Shown here one piece after another: positions 11,764 to 24,957 of a DNA stretch of 64,000 bases (the stretch's first letter is position 1; each line of letters starts with the position of its first letter). A program made the translations under genes and the position numbers. Source of the DNA: Podarcis vaucheri (Eukaryota); NCBI GenBank assembly GCA_965113315.1, contig OZ220363.1, one strand, 5' to 3'. The notes beneath the pieces were generated by a model. It saw nothing but the letters and a program-made list of their open reading frames with translations, was not told the DNA's origin and searched no databases.

Positions 11764-14700
11764 TAAAACTATTTTACTTTTGTTTTATTACTATATGGAC
11801 TATATTGTTGTAACCTGCCCTGGGACTGTATGGTGAAGTGGGGGTAATAAATCTTCTAAACAAATAAATAAGAAAATAATGATACAACCATTTAGCAAGC
11901 TGAATAGCTTACTATTACAAAGCAATATGCCATAGGCACTTCAAATTTAATAATCTCCATGTTGTCTTACAACTTACACAGGAAAATGTAATCACTTGCT
12001 ACCCCTGAAATCTGTAGCTTTTATTTAATATAATTAACTATAGTTCTCAGCCAGCCAGTCAGTGCTTCCTTCTGCTCCTCCTGCAGTTTCAGCACCATTG
12101 TTAGTTTTATTAGTTCCAACTGCTCCCATATCTTTCCTACATTTTACTTGGTTTGCGTATAAACTACACAAACCACTTCTTCAAAAGTACAGTAGTGTGT
12201 AGCACTGGAATGTCTTTGACCAGGTAGCCTTAAGGAGAGGTGGTGATTCAGAGACGGGGAGGTTCAGAAGAAAGTGTGCTCTGGCAATAAATATAGTCAA
12301 GTAACTCAACAAGTTCAACAGCCTTTCAGGAGCCTCTTCGTACTTTCACATCAGTATCTGCTTGCTTTTCATTCCAAGTGTTGACTGAATAGTAAGGCTA
12401 TTCCTTACTGACCTGGGAGTTCAGTGGGACCTACTTCTGTGTCGACATGGTTAGAATTGTTTTGGAAGTCTAAACAGCCCCGAGCAGAGTTTGTCTGAGG
12501 GCTGAGGCAGGAGTCTTGTTCTTGGCATGTCAGTGTGTATCCGGCAGAGGCTCCAGCTGGCTTAGCCCTCCAAGACTCAGGGCAAGTGTATCTAACAGAG
12601 GGAAATAGAGCAGAGCAGTGAGAGGTCTGAGCAAGAAACCTCCCCCTCCCCATTTTTTCATTTTGTGAGCATTGCCACTTAAAACAACAACCCCTACTTT
12701 GTATCTATTTTGAATGTTGTATTTCTCTTCTGGCACAGTCCATGCCCTGATTGCTGTGAAATGAAAGCCACATCCTCCTGAGAAACAGACAATGAAAGGT
12801 CTCTTTCAACCGCAGCAGCAGTGGCAACAACCGCAGCAACAGCAGAGCAGTGGAGGCAATTGCATCCCCTTAGCTGGCAGAGCATTCCCAGCTGCAGGAA
12901 TGATAGTATACCCTATAGTTCAGTGTTGAAGGTGGACCTGGTGAACTTACATTGAAACAATACATGAACGAAAACACAGCCATCCATCAAAAATTGCAAT
13001 TCTCTGAATTTTACAATGCAGTTTGCCAAGCCAAGTAGTTTCCAAAAGAATGGATATGCTAGGGTAAATTGTGCACATAAACGCACCTATTACTGAAAAT
13101 AATGTACAAAAATGCATTACATTGGGGAAGCTGCTTTGCAAAAAATGTGTATATTAGACAAACTTGAATACAAAAATGTGTGTATTGGGAGAAATTTGGA
13201 CTGAAATGCTGGTGAATTTTCACAAGAACTTTTAAAAATGAAAATGGATGTGGAAATGTGGAGAACCGAGTTTAAGATTGGAGGAATGAGATACTGTGAG
13301 AAACTTGTCAGATTCATATATTCTTAGATCTAAGATACATGTAATACATTTGTTCTTACCCTTCCATTTCCAGAAAGCAAACTCTAAGGCAAGATAGTTC
13401 AGTTACATCCACTGAGGTATGTATCTGATAGACACTGAGGGTCCCTAGAGGTCTAGTATAAGATAGGTGTTCCTATCTTATAGGACATAGCCAACCAAGA
13501 GAAATAGATGTCTCTGGACTGTTAGACTAGAGGACATGAAAAAAGCAGAACGGGGGGGGGGGGGAGGGGAGGGGAGAAGAGCCCTAAAAAGAGCCCTAAA
13601 ACTTGTGTTTAGAAGGTGATCACTGCAAAATAGAATTTCTCAGGATGACTTGGTTTTATTCCCATTAGCTACCTTGACTTCTCTGTCCCTTAGTTTCCTA
13701 ATCCGTATGGTATAATAACATTTAATTTCTTACAAAGGTCATAATTAAGATTGAATCCAACTTTTATGAGCAACCTGGCATCACTTGATTCCCTCCAATA
13801 AGGAGCACTGCACTGTGCCCTTGAAAATATTGTGTCATTATTTCTTATTCATCTTATATTCAGAATTTATTTTAGACACCAAAGGACTCCGGATTATGCC
13901 TACTATATCCCCTATGACCTCTTCTGTTAAAAAATGATATGCAACTAATGAAGATTTATTTGAAGAGAGACTTTCAGATGATGTCAAAGCAACCTTTGCC
14001 ATACGCAGTCTTAAAATGAAAGACCACAGTTAACACTATGTGTAGCTGTCAATGATTGGTATTGCCTCTATCTCCCCATCTCCTGAGATTGGTGAGTGAG
14101 ACCATGTTCAATCATGGCACCTCATTTCACTAAATTATGGTATCTCACTTTTGTGTACAGTTCTAGCTTCAGTACAGGGAGATACCATAAGTGTGGTGCC
14201 TCCCTACTCTGTAGAATTCACCTTCCTACAGAATATTCATGGCTACATCACTGTAGGAGGATGTAGACTAGGGATAAACAATGCAATTCTCCCTTTCTGG
14301 ATGTGAAGTACAACAGCCACCACCCCTGGCTAGGGACCTGCACCTGGAATTTGCCACTTCTTGGAAATGAGATTGTTTTACCTCCTATGCACTATGTTGT
14401 GAATGTCTTAAAATGTGATGTAGGTATGTCAGTGTTGTCTTCATAGGGGGAAATGTAGCAATTGGTTTGATTTCAATAGCACTCTAATTGTTAGAGATGG
14501 TTGTTGTTTACAATGCTATCAACCATTTAAAGATGGTGGAGTTGGAAGGTGGAGGTGGAAGGTCAGTGAACAACCAGTCAATCATAAGTACCAAACAAGA
14601 GCAAGGGAGGCAAATGTGCAGCAGCCCACCCTCGATAGCTCACTCACCTGCTCTGCTGTCATCTTCATTCTCATAATGATGGGCTTAGAGGAAGCAGGAA

Positions 14701-15580
14701 AAACGGCACAACATTAATCCCATCTTGTGGCAATGATGGTAATGAGAATGGGAACTGAGATTTAACCCATTCTTGTTATGCGCTTAGAGCTGTAATCTCA
14801 TAAGCCTCTTTACATGATGGACTTTTTGAAACTGGAAATAGCAACTTGTGATGATGTCATCTAAACCATTTAGGAGCGTGAGTGGCATGCTGCATGTAGC
14901 TATCAGCTTCTAGGGTGCAAGGGAGTTGAGATTATTTTAGATTAATCTACCCTCCTGGACCAGCTGCTGAAAGCTGAGCAAGCTCCAGTGCTTCCATGAG
15001 GCTCTGCAGAAGCCCACATTGCACCACTCCCCCCCGTGTCATTTTTTCAGTGTTTTCCCCCAAGTATGAATCCTCATTTTGCAAGCGAGGCATTGTCACA
15101 CAAGACAGTCTCGGAGCTATTCTAGAAATTAGCAAAGAGTCAAGCAACTCTGCTTGACAAGGGCTGGATTATCTGCTCTGCTCAAGACAAAGGTTTATTG
15201 GGTTGTGCTGCTTATTCCAGGAACAAGTGCCTCACCATTAGAGATAGCACAGAAATTCAAAAGTACAATACTAACCTTCCTTGATATTAATTAAATATGT
15301 GTGATGATCTGTATATCAGAGACTGCAAAAAAGGACTTCCTTTCAGTGCTTTTGTTTTTTTAGAGCCGCCCTTGGGAATGTGGGTCAAGTGCCTGTCATT
15401 CTTGGTATCAGAGGTCACGGTGGCCCGAGTGTCAGTTAATGTGTTTCAATGAAATTCTTTCCTTCCTCTTTACCAGGTGCCCTCACTCTGATTTGGCTTC
15501 AAGACAATAGCGAATCAGAAACATTGTTTGTTGATAACATTGCAAACACAAATCAGGGTGATGGCCTTCAACGTGCAGTA

Positions 15581-15859
15581 CAGTGGTGCCTCGCAAGACA
15601 AAATTAATCCGTTCCGCGAGTCTCTTCATCTTGCGGTTTTTTCGTCTTGCGAAGCACGGCTATTAGCGGCTTAGCGGCTATTAGCGGCTTAGCGGCTTTA
15701 AGAAAAAGGAAACAAACTCGCAAGAACTCACAAGATGTTTCGTCTTATGAAGCAAGCCCATAGGGAAATTCGTCTTGCGGAACAACTCAAAAAACGGAAA
15801 ACTCTTTCGCCTTGCGTGTTTTTCGTCTTGCGAGGCATTCGTCTTGCGAAGTACCACTG
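15581..15859. mobile_element. Tc1/mariner-type MITE, family 1
   Basis: TA-CAGTGGTGCCTCGCAAGAC...GTCTTGCGAAGTACCACTG-TA; internal (TTAGCGGC) repeats. Confidence 0.88.
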
Positions 15860-16074
15860 TAGAGAAATGAAATATAGTACCAAGCAGCAGTCCCACTCAC
15901 AACTACCATCTATCTTTCTTTGCCTTGTGGCCTGACCGAGGAAAGTGGCGCACTTTCCCAGTAGAAGAAAGAATCTTAAGATCAGCTGGACAGCAACCTA
16001 GCCTCCAACAATTAGGATACCAACATTAGACTAAAATGCTGCTAAGAAGGAATGACATTTTTTCATGGAGACCT

Positions 16075-16525
16075 AGGTGCAATCTGCACTATACTGTACA
16101 TTTAAAGCAATATTATACCACTTTAAGCTGCCATGTTGTTTGATATGAATTATATACCAACTGATTGCTAAAGCAAAAAACCCCATGCACTTCCAGGCAC
16201 TTTAGAAAACCATAAAATGAAATGTTTAAAAAGTTATGAACAGGTTGTTAAAAGCATTCAAATGATGGCTTCCTCCAAAGAAACATGGGAAATGTAGTTT
16301 GTTAAGAGCAGTGAGAGTTGCCAGGAGATCTCCTGTTCCCCTCACAGAGCTACAATTCTCAGGGTTGTCTTCCCAGGAAACTCTGTGAAATGTTGCTCTA
16401 TGAGGGAAACAAGGGACTACAAAAAACTCTCAGCACCCTTTGCAAACTACAGTTCCCAGTGGTGAAGCCACAGCTGCTTAAAGTAGCCTGGTATTGCTTT
16501 AACTGTATAGCACAAATGGAGCCCA
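16075..16525. mobile_element. Degenerate palindromic non-autonomous DNA transposon (possibly Harbinger-like)
   Basis: Imperfect long inverted arms (ACATTTAAAGCAATATTATACCACTTTAAGC / GCTTAAAGTAGCCTGGTATTGCTTTAACTGT). Related relics at ~8770-8965 and ~11190-11440. Confidence 0.5.
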
Positions 16526-17039
16526 AGTAAGTCATTAATCAGTTTCTGACCATGTGGCAACAATAGCTATGAGCCTGGCCAACTTGTCCTGCTGAATGTA
16601 CATTGCAAAAGTGGTGTTGTTCCCCCTCCCCAGGTTGACCCCAGTTCAAAACACATCTCTTCAGTATTTGCAAATGGAGCAAAAGTACCTGCCTTGTTAT
16701 ATAACTCAATGTTACGAGCACAGAAAATTCATATTAATCAATATATCATCCTTATGAGTGGAAGATGCCCTATTACTTCACACTAGCTATGTGACTGGAA
16801 CTTGAAACTGGAATCAAGCTGCCCATCAAATAGCTAAGAGTTAGTACATCTTGTTCCCTTTACTAAGCCTTCTTTTCTGAGAACTGCTGCTCCCTTTAGT
16901 GCTCCCTGAGGTGACGCACCTGCGCCAAGTCAGTTAAATTAGTTACAAAATGTACTTCCATGGTGTTCACTAATCTGGCATTTGATGCATTTATTTGAGT
17001 CCCCCTTTTGCATCACGAAGTCCTAAGTTAAATTATCTT

Positions 17040-17042
<3 letters not shown>

Positions 17043-17088
<46 letters not shown>
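17043..17088. repeat. (AC)n microsatellite
   Basis: Directly visible. Confidence 0.97.
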
Positions 17089-17090
<2 letters not shown>

Positions 17091-17887
17091 CTCCCCAACT
17101 CCCCCCAAAAACTTTGTCAAGTTTAATTTATAGGTTAGAGAATGATGGCCGAAGAAATTGCTTTGAAATAATAATAAAAAAGACTGATAATGGTATTTTT
17201 GAGAAGGAGGGGGGAAAGTAAGAACACTGCTCCAAGCACAGAGGACCAGCTGTCAGTTGAATGTATAATTAGATGGATTTTTCAACAGCAGTGAACAACA
17301 ACACATCTTGATGAAGATATTCAAAGAACATTTTGCCTTGTGATCAGGTGCTTTGAATATTCAGGCTTGTCCAAGGGGATTAAAAGAATGCTGTGCGCTT
17401 AGCTTCTGAATTGGTGGTGATTATTTCTTTTTTTTCTTCTAGACATGAGCGAACTGTCATACTGAATTGTTGGCCATGCCTATACTGTCTTCTTAATATG
17501 TATTTAGCACACATCTCACTGGTGGTACCTACCCCTCAGATTGCTAGTAATCAGTACACCTATTCTGTTCTGGCATGAAAAGCTATCTCCGTTTAAAGAA
17601 GGATTAACAGTGCAAAATGAGGCAAATGTACTCAAACATAAGCCCCAAGGAGTTCAGTGTGACCTACTCCCAGATGATGGTGTACAGCAGCCTTCCCCAG
17701 CCTGGTGCCCATAGAGATTTTGGACTACAACTCCCATCAACCCTAACAATCATGTCCAATGGTCAGGGATGATGAGTTTTGGTCCAAAACCTCAAGTTCG
17801 AGGAAGGCTGATGTATAGAATAGCAACATAATATACACAACAAAATGGGGTCCAAGAGAAATCATTATTTCAGAAAGAGACTACCTT

Positions 17888-18100
17888 GAGGGGTGGGAAA
17901 CTTTTTCAGCCAGAATATCAGATTCTCTGTTGGATAATCGTCCAAGGGCCACATGCCAGTGATAGGTTGGGTCAGAAGCAAATGAAAGTGGAGTTAGAAA
18001 TGTAAAATTTACTTTTGTAGAGTAGGTTAGCTTCTACACACACTCAGACTGGGGCCTAGGGAGAGTTCTGAGGGCCAAATGGAGTTCTGAACGCCACATT
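17888..18100. mobile_element. Degenerate hAT-like non-autonomous element
   Basis: GGGAAACTTTTTCAGCC...AATTTTACTTTTGTAGAGTAGG; a homologous copy lies at ~28220-28510. Confidence 0.5.
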
Positions 18101-20088
18101 TGCTGCTCGGGACTTCGGCGCTGCACACCTATTCTAAGGATAGCCAGCAAATCACGCAAAACCATGACTTGCCAGATATTGGGAGGCTGTACCTAAAAGA
18201 TGCATTTTCAACAAGATTCTTCTCTCTAGCTATTTTCTCTTGGATGCATGCACTTACTCATACAAGGCCTATTCCCCTTCCTAAACAAGCACACTCCACA
18301 TGTTAAGGCTGAAGTGTACAATACCTTACTCTCTTCTTCTTTTCCTTGTCCTTCCTCTTGAAATAGCCCTCATCTACCAGAGAACAGCTTAAAAACTTTA
18401 CAGAGGCACGGTTGGCTTCCTCGGGAATCAATGAAGCTCTAGGACAAAGTTCATTGATTCCTAAAAGAAGTCTCTGGCAACGCTCCTGTGTAAACCTGTT
18501 GTTGATCCTAGGGACAAGCTTCGAAAAGATGAAATGGGTTTCAGTGCTTCAAAAAGAGAATTCAGACACTGCCTCCCCGCCATTTCACCCTTCGGTGCAG
18601 ACAGCAGGGCAAGGAACATGCAGTTCAGCCACAGTTGTGCAGCAGGGGACACAACAAGATTAATACAGAGCCTCAGATCTCATTGTCACAAGGAAGAAGA
18701 AATGTGGATTCCCATGTTGGAGAGTGTTTAGAAAATCAGGATATAAACAGAATATGACCGCAGTCTCCTAAATGTTCTGGTCCATATCCCTGATTCATGC
18801 TTTCAACCTGTTTTCAGAAACATCTATAGGTTTTTCTTTCCTCCTTGACAATACCACAAAGTAGAAAATTCTTATGGTTCAGTCATTATCAGAACAGTTT
18901 GCAAAAGAAATCAATAAAATACACACAAAAAAAATGTTAATAAAGCCATCAACAAGCAAGAGTCACGGTTCAAACATATCCTGAAACCTTGACTAGTACA
19001 GGACTGTAGCATCCTATTCATTTACTTAACATAATTTTCTGTTTAAGTACAATGTAAAGGACAATAAGTTCTCAACTATACTTTAGAAAAGCTTTGTTAG
19101 AAGTGGGTTATGGTGTTTCCCACTTCCATTTAATCTACCCAAAAGACATCTGTGAAAACATGAATAGACTTCTGAATGTTTCTAAATATGATTTACAGAC
19201 AATTGCTGAACTGAGTGCTAAATCTTCTGGGATTTAACGATCTGTTCTATAATCAGCTAGCTGTGGTTATAATTTGATATCGCTCTCTTCACACAGCCAA
19301 ATGGAAGGGATTTAGCTTTGGGCAAAGGAAAACCATTATGCTTTTTAGTTCAGAGCCACATTAAAAATATTCTTAAATATTCTTTATGTGTTTGGGAATT
19401 TGATTCTCTTTATAAAACCACACAGCTGCAGACCAGCATTAGCTGCTAATTAACTTACTAGGAACTTGTGTATGCAAAAGTGCATTCAAAACAATTGGCC
19501 TGAAATAAAGCAAAGGACTGAGCTGAGATAAATGGGCCTAACAGTGACATCAGCTCTTCAACCAAACAAAAGTATTATTTAATGTGTGTAACTAAGCTAA
19601 TGCTTGGCCAACAGTATGAAAATATGAAAATTAAGTCCAAATTGGAGGTGGGGGAGAGTGCTTGAGGCAAAAATTGGAGGGTAAAAGTGCTTCCTTACTT
19701 TTTTCTCTTTCTCAGAAGGAAGGCTAATTTCAGGGAAGGGAAGAAGCCAAGCAAATTGCTCCTGTGGACTCTTGTGGTTTATTTGCCATCCGTGGTCACC
19801 ATCTTTACCCTCAATGCAGTGTGCTGTAATATTATATCCCCATCATAACCACAAAATCCATATCCACCAGCTGAAGAAAATAGCCCAAATGGTCCATTTA
19901 CATTATGGGGTGGGAAAGGGTGTCAGTTTCAGTCTACATCTCAGTAGATTTCACATCCAGTAGATTTCGCATTCATCTAGTGTGGCAGTGCCTACACTTT
20001 GGGACTCCCTGCCGACTAATGCTAAATTCAAGCAGGCATCTTGAATGCACTCTTTTCAGCACCTGATAAAAAATCATTCCTGGGTAAG

Positions 20089-20179
20089 TTACAGATAGGT
20101 AGCCATGTTGGTCTGCCATAGTCAAAATAAAAGAACTAACTTAGTTGGTCTTTAAGGTGCTACTGGAAGGATTTTTTTT
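20089..20179. mobile_element. Short Penelope-like element remnant with 13-bp target duplication
   Basis: Flanked by an exact ATTCCTGGGTAAG direct repeat (20076-20088, 20180-20192). TTACAG.TAGGTAGCC.TGTTGGTCTGCC joined to TTGGTCTTTAAGGTGCTACTGG resembles, from memory, inverted Penelope pseudo-LTR pieces of reptiles. Confidence 0.6.
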
Positions 20180-20322
20180 ATTCCTGGGTAAGCAAGCCTA
20201 CCCAAATGTATGGAAAGTTGAGGCAATTTTAATTTGTTTTAGTATTTTACATGTCATATGTTTTAAAGTACAGTTGTAAATCTTTACTGAATTTGCAATT
20301 TTATATTTGTAAACCTCTTGGG

Positions 20323-20323
<1 letters not shown>

Positions 20324-20370
<47 letters not shown>
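20324..20370. repeat. (TTA)n microsatellite
   Basis: Directly visible. Confidence 0.97.
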
Positions 20371-21966
20371 TTACAATCAAGTAGTGTATAAATTTAAATA
20401 AATGAATGAATAGAATGGATTCCAGTCATCTGTCTGACCATCATAGTGTGGGATTGAAAGATTGGTGTTTGAAGGAGAAGAAGATTGCTGTGCACAGAAG
20501 ATGATGTTGGTTTCAAGTTTGGGTTGGAAATTTGAATGCATGAGAGCTCAGATTATGTAAAGAAATGAGAGTCCTGCCCCAAATTTCCATTCCTGTCCCC
20601 AATTTCCCCATGTCTGCTGTTTCCACCCACTCCTCCCCCAGCCTTTTGCATATGAGAACAAAGGTCTGTCAAGAGATTCTAAATGTTTTCAATTGAACAT
20701 GGTTCTCCTACAGACCTTTGTGCTGAACCGATGAAAGGTTGTGAAAGAAGGGGCTGGGGTTGGTGTATAGGAAATATTGAGGGTGATGTGGTGTGCACAT
20801 AACCACATAGCCTGACACATTTTGAGTCATTTGGAACACCTGAAAAAACTGACAAAATCCAGTTTTAGAATAATGGCAAATTCAGCACTTGAGTCATCTA
20901 GTAAGATGAATCTTCGCAATGGGCAAGCGCTCAAATGGTACCCAGTTTTCTGTTTTTGAAAAGTGAGTATAATGAGCTGGGTCATGGGCCAAAAAGAAAT
21001 AGCTTACGTCCTTTCACTACTACTTGGAAGAAGTTTAAGCTTTGTTCTGTTTCATTTTCTGCATCAGCAGAGGTTGTATTCCAGTGAAAATAATAATCCA
21101 ATCTTGATAAAAAGAAAAAAAAACAAGGATGAAAATGACATGGGCAATTTTTTCCACTACAAATTATAGCAGCAAAATACAAAGATCAAACACATCAGTG
21201 GAATTTAGAAAGCAGATCATGCTCAATCCATCCTGTCTAGCATGCAGCATAATAAATTGTAACAATATTGAGACTCAGGGAGTAAAGACTCTTGTAGTTC
21301 ATAATCCAATTACACAAGAACAGAAAATCTTTAAGGAAGAATTATTATGCTGAAGGACAATTTTGAATTTTTTAAAAATGAAAAAGGGTGAGCTAGTGCT
21401 TGGAGAAAAAATGGAAGGAGGTTTTTGCACAAGGCTTTCATTTGTTTTTGACAATTACCCAGTAACCCTTCTCTGGAGAAATATATTTGGTAATCTAAAA
21501 TAAGAGAGAAAAGGTCAAAGTTAAGTGCTTTAAAATATCATGGATGTGCTTACCTTGGCAGGTTCTTTCTCAAGAATAACAGAACCAAATGTAAGCAGTG
21601 TATGCCACCCATTAGACACAATTGTATAATAACAGAATTATTGAGAGCCAGAGTTGACAATATAGTTGGATGTCTGTGATGTGGTATCTGTGCTAGGCTG
21701 TGGGAGTTTAAAGGACTCTTTGTAAGAAGGCAGGTAAACTGCTATTAAAACAATGTCAGTCTGTACTGTGAATTTGGCCTTAGAGCAAGCTCAATGAGTT
21801 GTAAAGTACTGTACGTTTCTATCCATAGCTTCACAAAAGAATCACTGTCTATATCTCAAAACCTTGGGAGCATGACATGCTACCTCATGTTGAGCCAGAC
21901 CATTAGACCATCAAGGCCAATACTGTATAATCCAATTTGACATGGCTGTCCAAGGTGGGATATTTC

Positions 21967-22678
21967 CAGGGCTTGGAATGAACTAGTTCAGATGAAGGAA
22001 GTTCACTGAACTAGTTCAAAGTCTCTACACATCTGAGACTAATTCCCGTAATTGCCAGGAAAACTAAAGGCTGATTGAGTTCATTTTCGTGTAGAACTCT
22101 GAAAAAATCCTAGTTTATCGTGTTCATTACCTCCCCACATTCTTCCTCCTCCAATAAAGCCAATACAGAAAGTTAGAAAACAAAACATGGGGCAATATTC
22201 CAAGCCTATTAGGCAGATATTGAGGTGAAACTGTTGCAAAGCAGGCTTAGTCATTTAATCACCATTGCTAAGCAGACAGAAGGAACAAATATGTTGTATC
22301 ATCCCTGCTGAAGATATTTGCTCTCTTCCAATAGTAGCAGGTACAGGAAGAAACTAAATGATGTCTTGAGCCCTGTGCATCTGTTTGGCTAGCACAAAGT
22401 TAACAGGGTAAGTCTTTCCATTATGTGGAATACTTCATTTGTTGTCATTCTGTCTGTCAGTCAGGCATCATATTATATTTGTGGAGCCCTGATTTGCTTT
22501 TTGGACCCTATACTTTAGCAGAGCAGCTTATAACATTCTGAATGCTGGATATTTTAGTTTGCAGAGGATGGACTTGGGATATGCTTTGAAGTTTGTTTGT
22601 TTGTTTGTTTCATTTTCTGAATGAATGAACTGGAATTGGAACTAGTTCCTTTTTAAAGAAGGAACTTTTCAAGCACTA
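21967..22678. mobile_element. hAT-superfamily deleted element nested in an old tRNA-derived SINE
   Basis: Exact 8-bp TSD GATATTTC (21959-21966, 22679-22686). Imperfect TIR CAGGGCTTGGAA / TTTCAAGCACTA with subterminal GAACTAGTTC repeats. The flanks join to give a minus-strand SINE like 57670-57852. Confidence 0.75.
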
Positions 22679-23444
22679 GATATTTCCTAACCCTGCTTCT
22701 CAAAATCCTTTTACTGGAGATTTAAATATTGATTCCGAGATATTCTGCATTCAAAGCCTGGATTCTACCAATGAGCTATGGCTGCTCCCTCTTATTCATC
22801 ACTTGTCAATAAACTGTGAATCAAATTGACTTTCATTCAAAAATCCACGCAGCTACTAAGCAGAAACATGAAATAATGCATTAGCCGTTAAGTGTGCAAA
22901 AATTAAGATGCCACACAAGCGTAATACCAGATAGGGAGCTCAAAGGATGCAGGCAGTCAGAGACTTCAGGATCTTTGACAGTTTGCCTAAAGAAAGACAA
23001 TCTTCCACACAGCCAGAAATGGTTTTTCTGATGCACAGCAAGAGTGCTTAAAATGAGGGAAAGGATTCCAACCAACATCATCAAAAGGCTGGTGCAGAAT
23101 TGTAGAGCCGCATGAATTTTGACTTTGACTTTGAGAAGGCACAGAGTGAAAATGAGGATTTCTATCTCTTACTTGCAAAGAAAAATAGGTCAGGGTGCTG
23201 AATTTTATGCACTCGGTGGTGGTGAGGCTTCTGCAGGGGGGTGATAATATTCAAAAAGTACCAACATTGTATCAGTGTTGCAGGTGCAACTTTGGGGTGT
23301 CATGACAGCTGCAAAAGACAACTGCTGTGATGGTGTGTGTGTCAATAAATATCCCCATTGTGCTCTAAAGAACAGGATTGCTAGCTGAGATCTTGTGAGG
23401 AAAGCATACTAATACGATCCTCTGTGTGTGCATACATGTGTGTG

Positions 23445-23600
23445 NNNNNNNNNNNNNNNNNNNNNNNNNNNNNNNNNNNNNNNNNNNNNNNNNNNNNNNN
23501 NNNNNNNNNNNNNNNNNNNNNNNNNNNNNNNNNNNNNNNNNNNNNNNNNNNNNNNNNNNNNNNNNNNNNNNNNNNNNNNNNNNNNNNNNNNNNNNNNNNN
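23445..23600. other. Assembly gap (156 N) next to a GT-rich repeat
   Basis: Run of N. Confidence 1.
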
Positions 23601-24957
23601 NAAGGAAGATGCTTTTGCCCAATTTTCAGTGAATCAACCCCATGTGCTATAGCCTATCAAAACCAATGTGGACCTCTGACTCTTGGGAGAAACTTTGAGT
23701 GGGTGGGATTGGGGGCAGAAAAGGGTGGTTGTTGTTGTTTCTCTAGCTCCAGCCCAAACAATATGGCATTGTAGTGTGTTCATCAGAGTATTTTAATTCA
23801 ATGTGTTCCTAATACAGAAATGGTTATGCCTGTTTCAGATAAACCCTATGATCTATGCTGTCAGTTACTACATCTTTCAAGTAAACATCATGGCTCTCAG
23901 AGTTGGTAAAAGGCAATAAAACTAGCCTTGCTGTCTAAACTAGAGGAAAAGTAATCAGATGTTTAACAGTCCATTGCAACACTACATAACAGTTTAATAT
24001 AGTGAGTAAATAATAAAGGGTCTGATTCATCACTGTGTTGCACCAATTTTATGCCAGGCCTATTCTATTGATTGGACTAAAGTTGCAATCGAATAGAACT
24101 GCTGCAGCAGATAATATTCTTTTTTAAAAAGATCTTTTCTTTTCTCATAAGAATCTTCAGGACAAAAAAAATTGCATTGGAAAGGACACAAGCAACTTAC
24201 ATTACATTTTGGTAATAATAATATATTCTAAATATTCAATAAGCATCAGCTACATTATCTTAGTCATCCTTACAATATCCATGTAAATGAGGTATGTGGA
24301 ATGTCAGACCTGTGGACCAAATGCAGCTTCCAGGCCTCTCTGTCTTGCCCTTGAGGTTTCCCCAGGCCATGCTCCTTCTCTAGCTACACCTCGTCTCCCA
24401 GAGCTGTGGCTCATGCTGGCCCTGCTTTTTACCTACTCCTTGATAATTTTTGCCTGGCTGACATGTGTCTGTGAACTCTGATGATGGCTTTTGCCTGGTG
24501 GAGGATTGGGAAGGTATCTGCATGTGTGCAGAAAGTAGCCTGCCATAGAAAGGTAAAGCATGTTTCTCTGCCCACCACTGCCACGTGGCCCCTGGAAGGT
24601 TGTCTGGAAGTCAATGTGGCCCTCAGCCTGAAAAAGGTCCCCTGCCCCCACAGGCGCCAACTCCTAGGGGCCCAGGTCCCTTCGAGCCCTGCAATAAAAT
24701 ATTTGAGAGGTTCCCTTAAAGTTGATGGGTACTGCTGCCTTTCTTTCTTTTCCACACTTGGACTTCGTTTCCCAACAAGCCCTGTAAACTAACTTGTAAA
24801 AGTGTTGCTGGGTGGCAAGAGAGCTGGGATTGGGCAAAAACCTCCAGCATTGTTTCTTACAGCCCTTGCAATTGGAGCAGAGAAAGAAAGAGAGAATGCA
24901 CTTCTTCCAAGTGTCCCAATTTTCCAGGAATAACAAAAGCCACTCCGGCTTCAGATT

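Noticed and set aside
23365-23774. ORFs spanning the N run
   Set aside because: Artefacts of the assembly gap.
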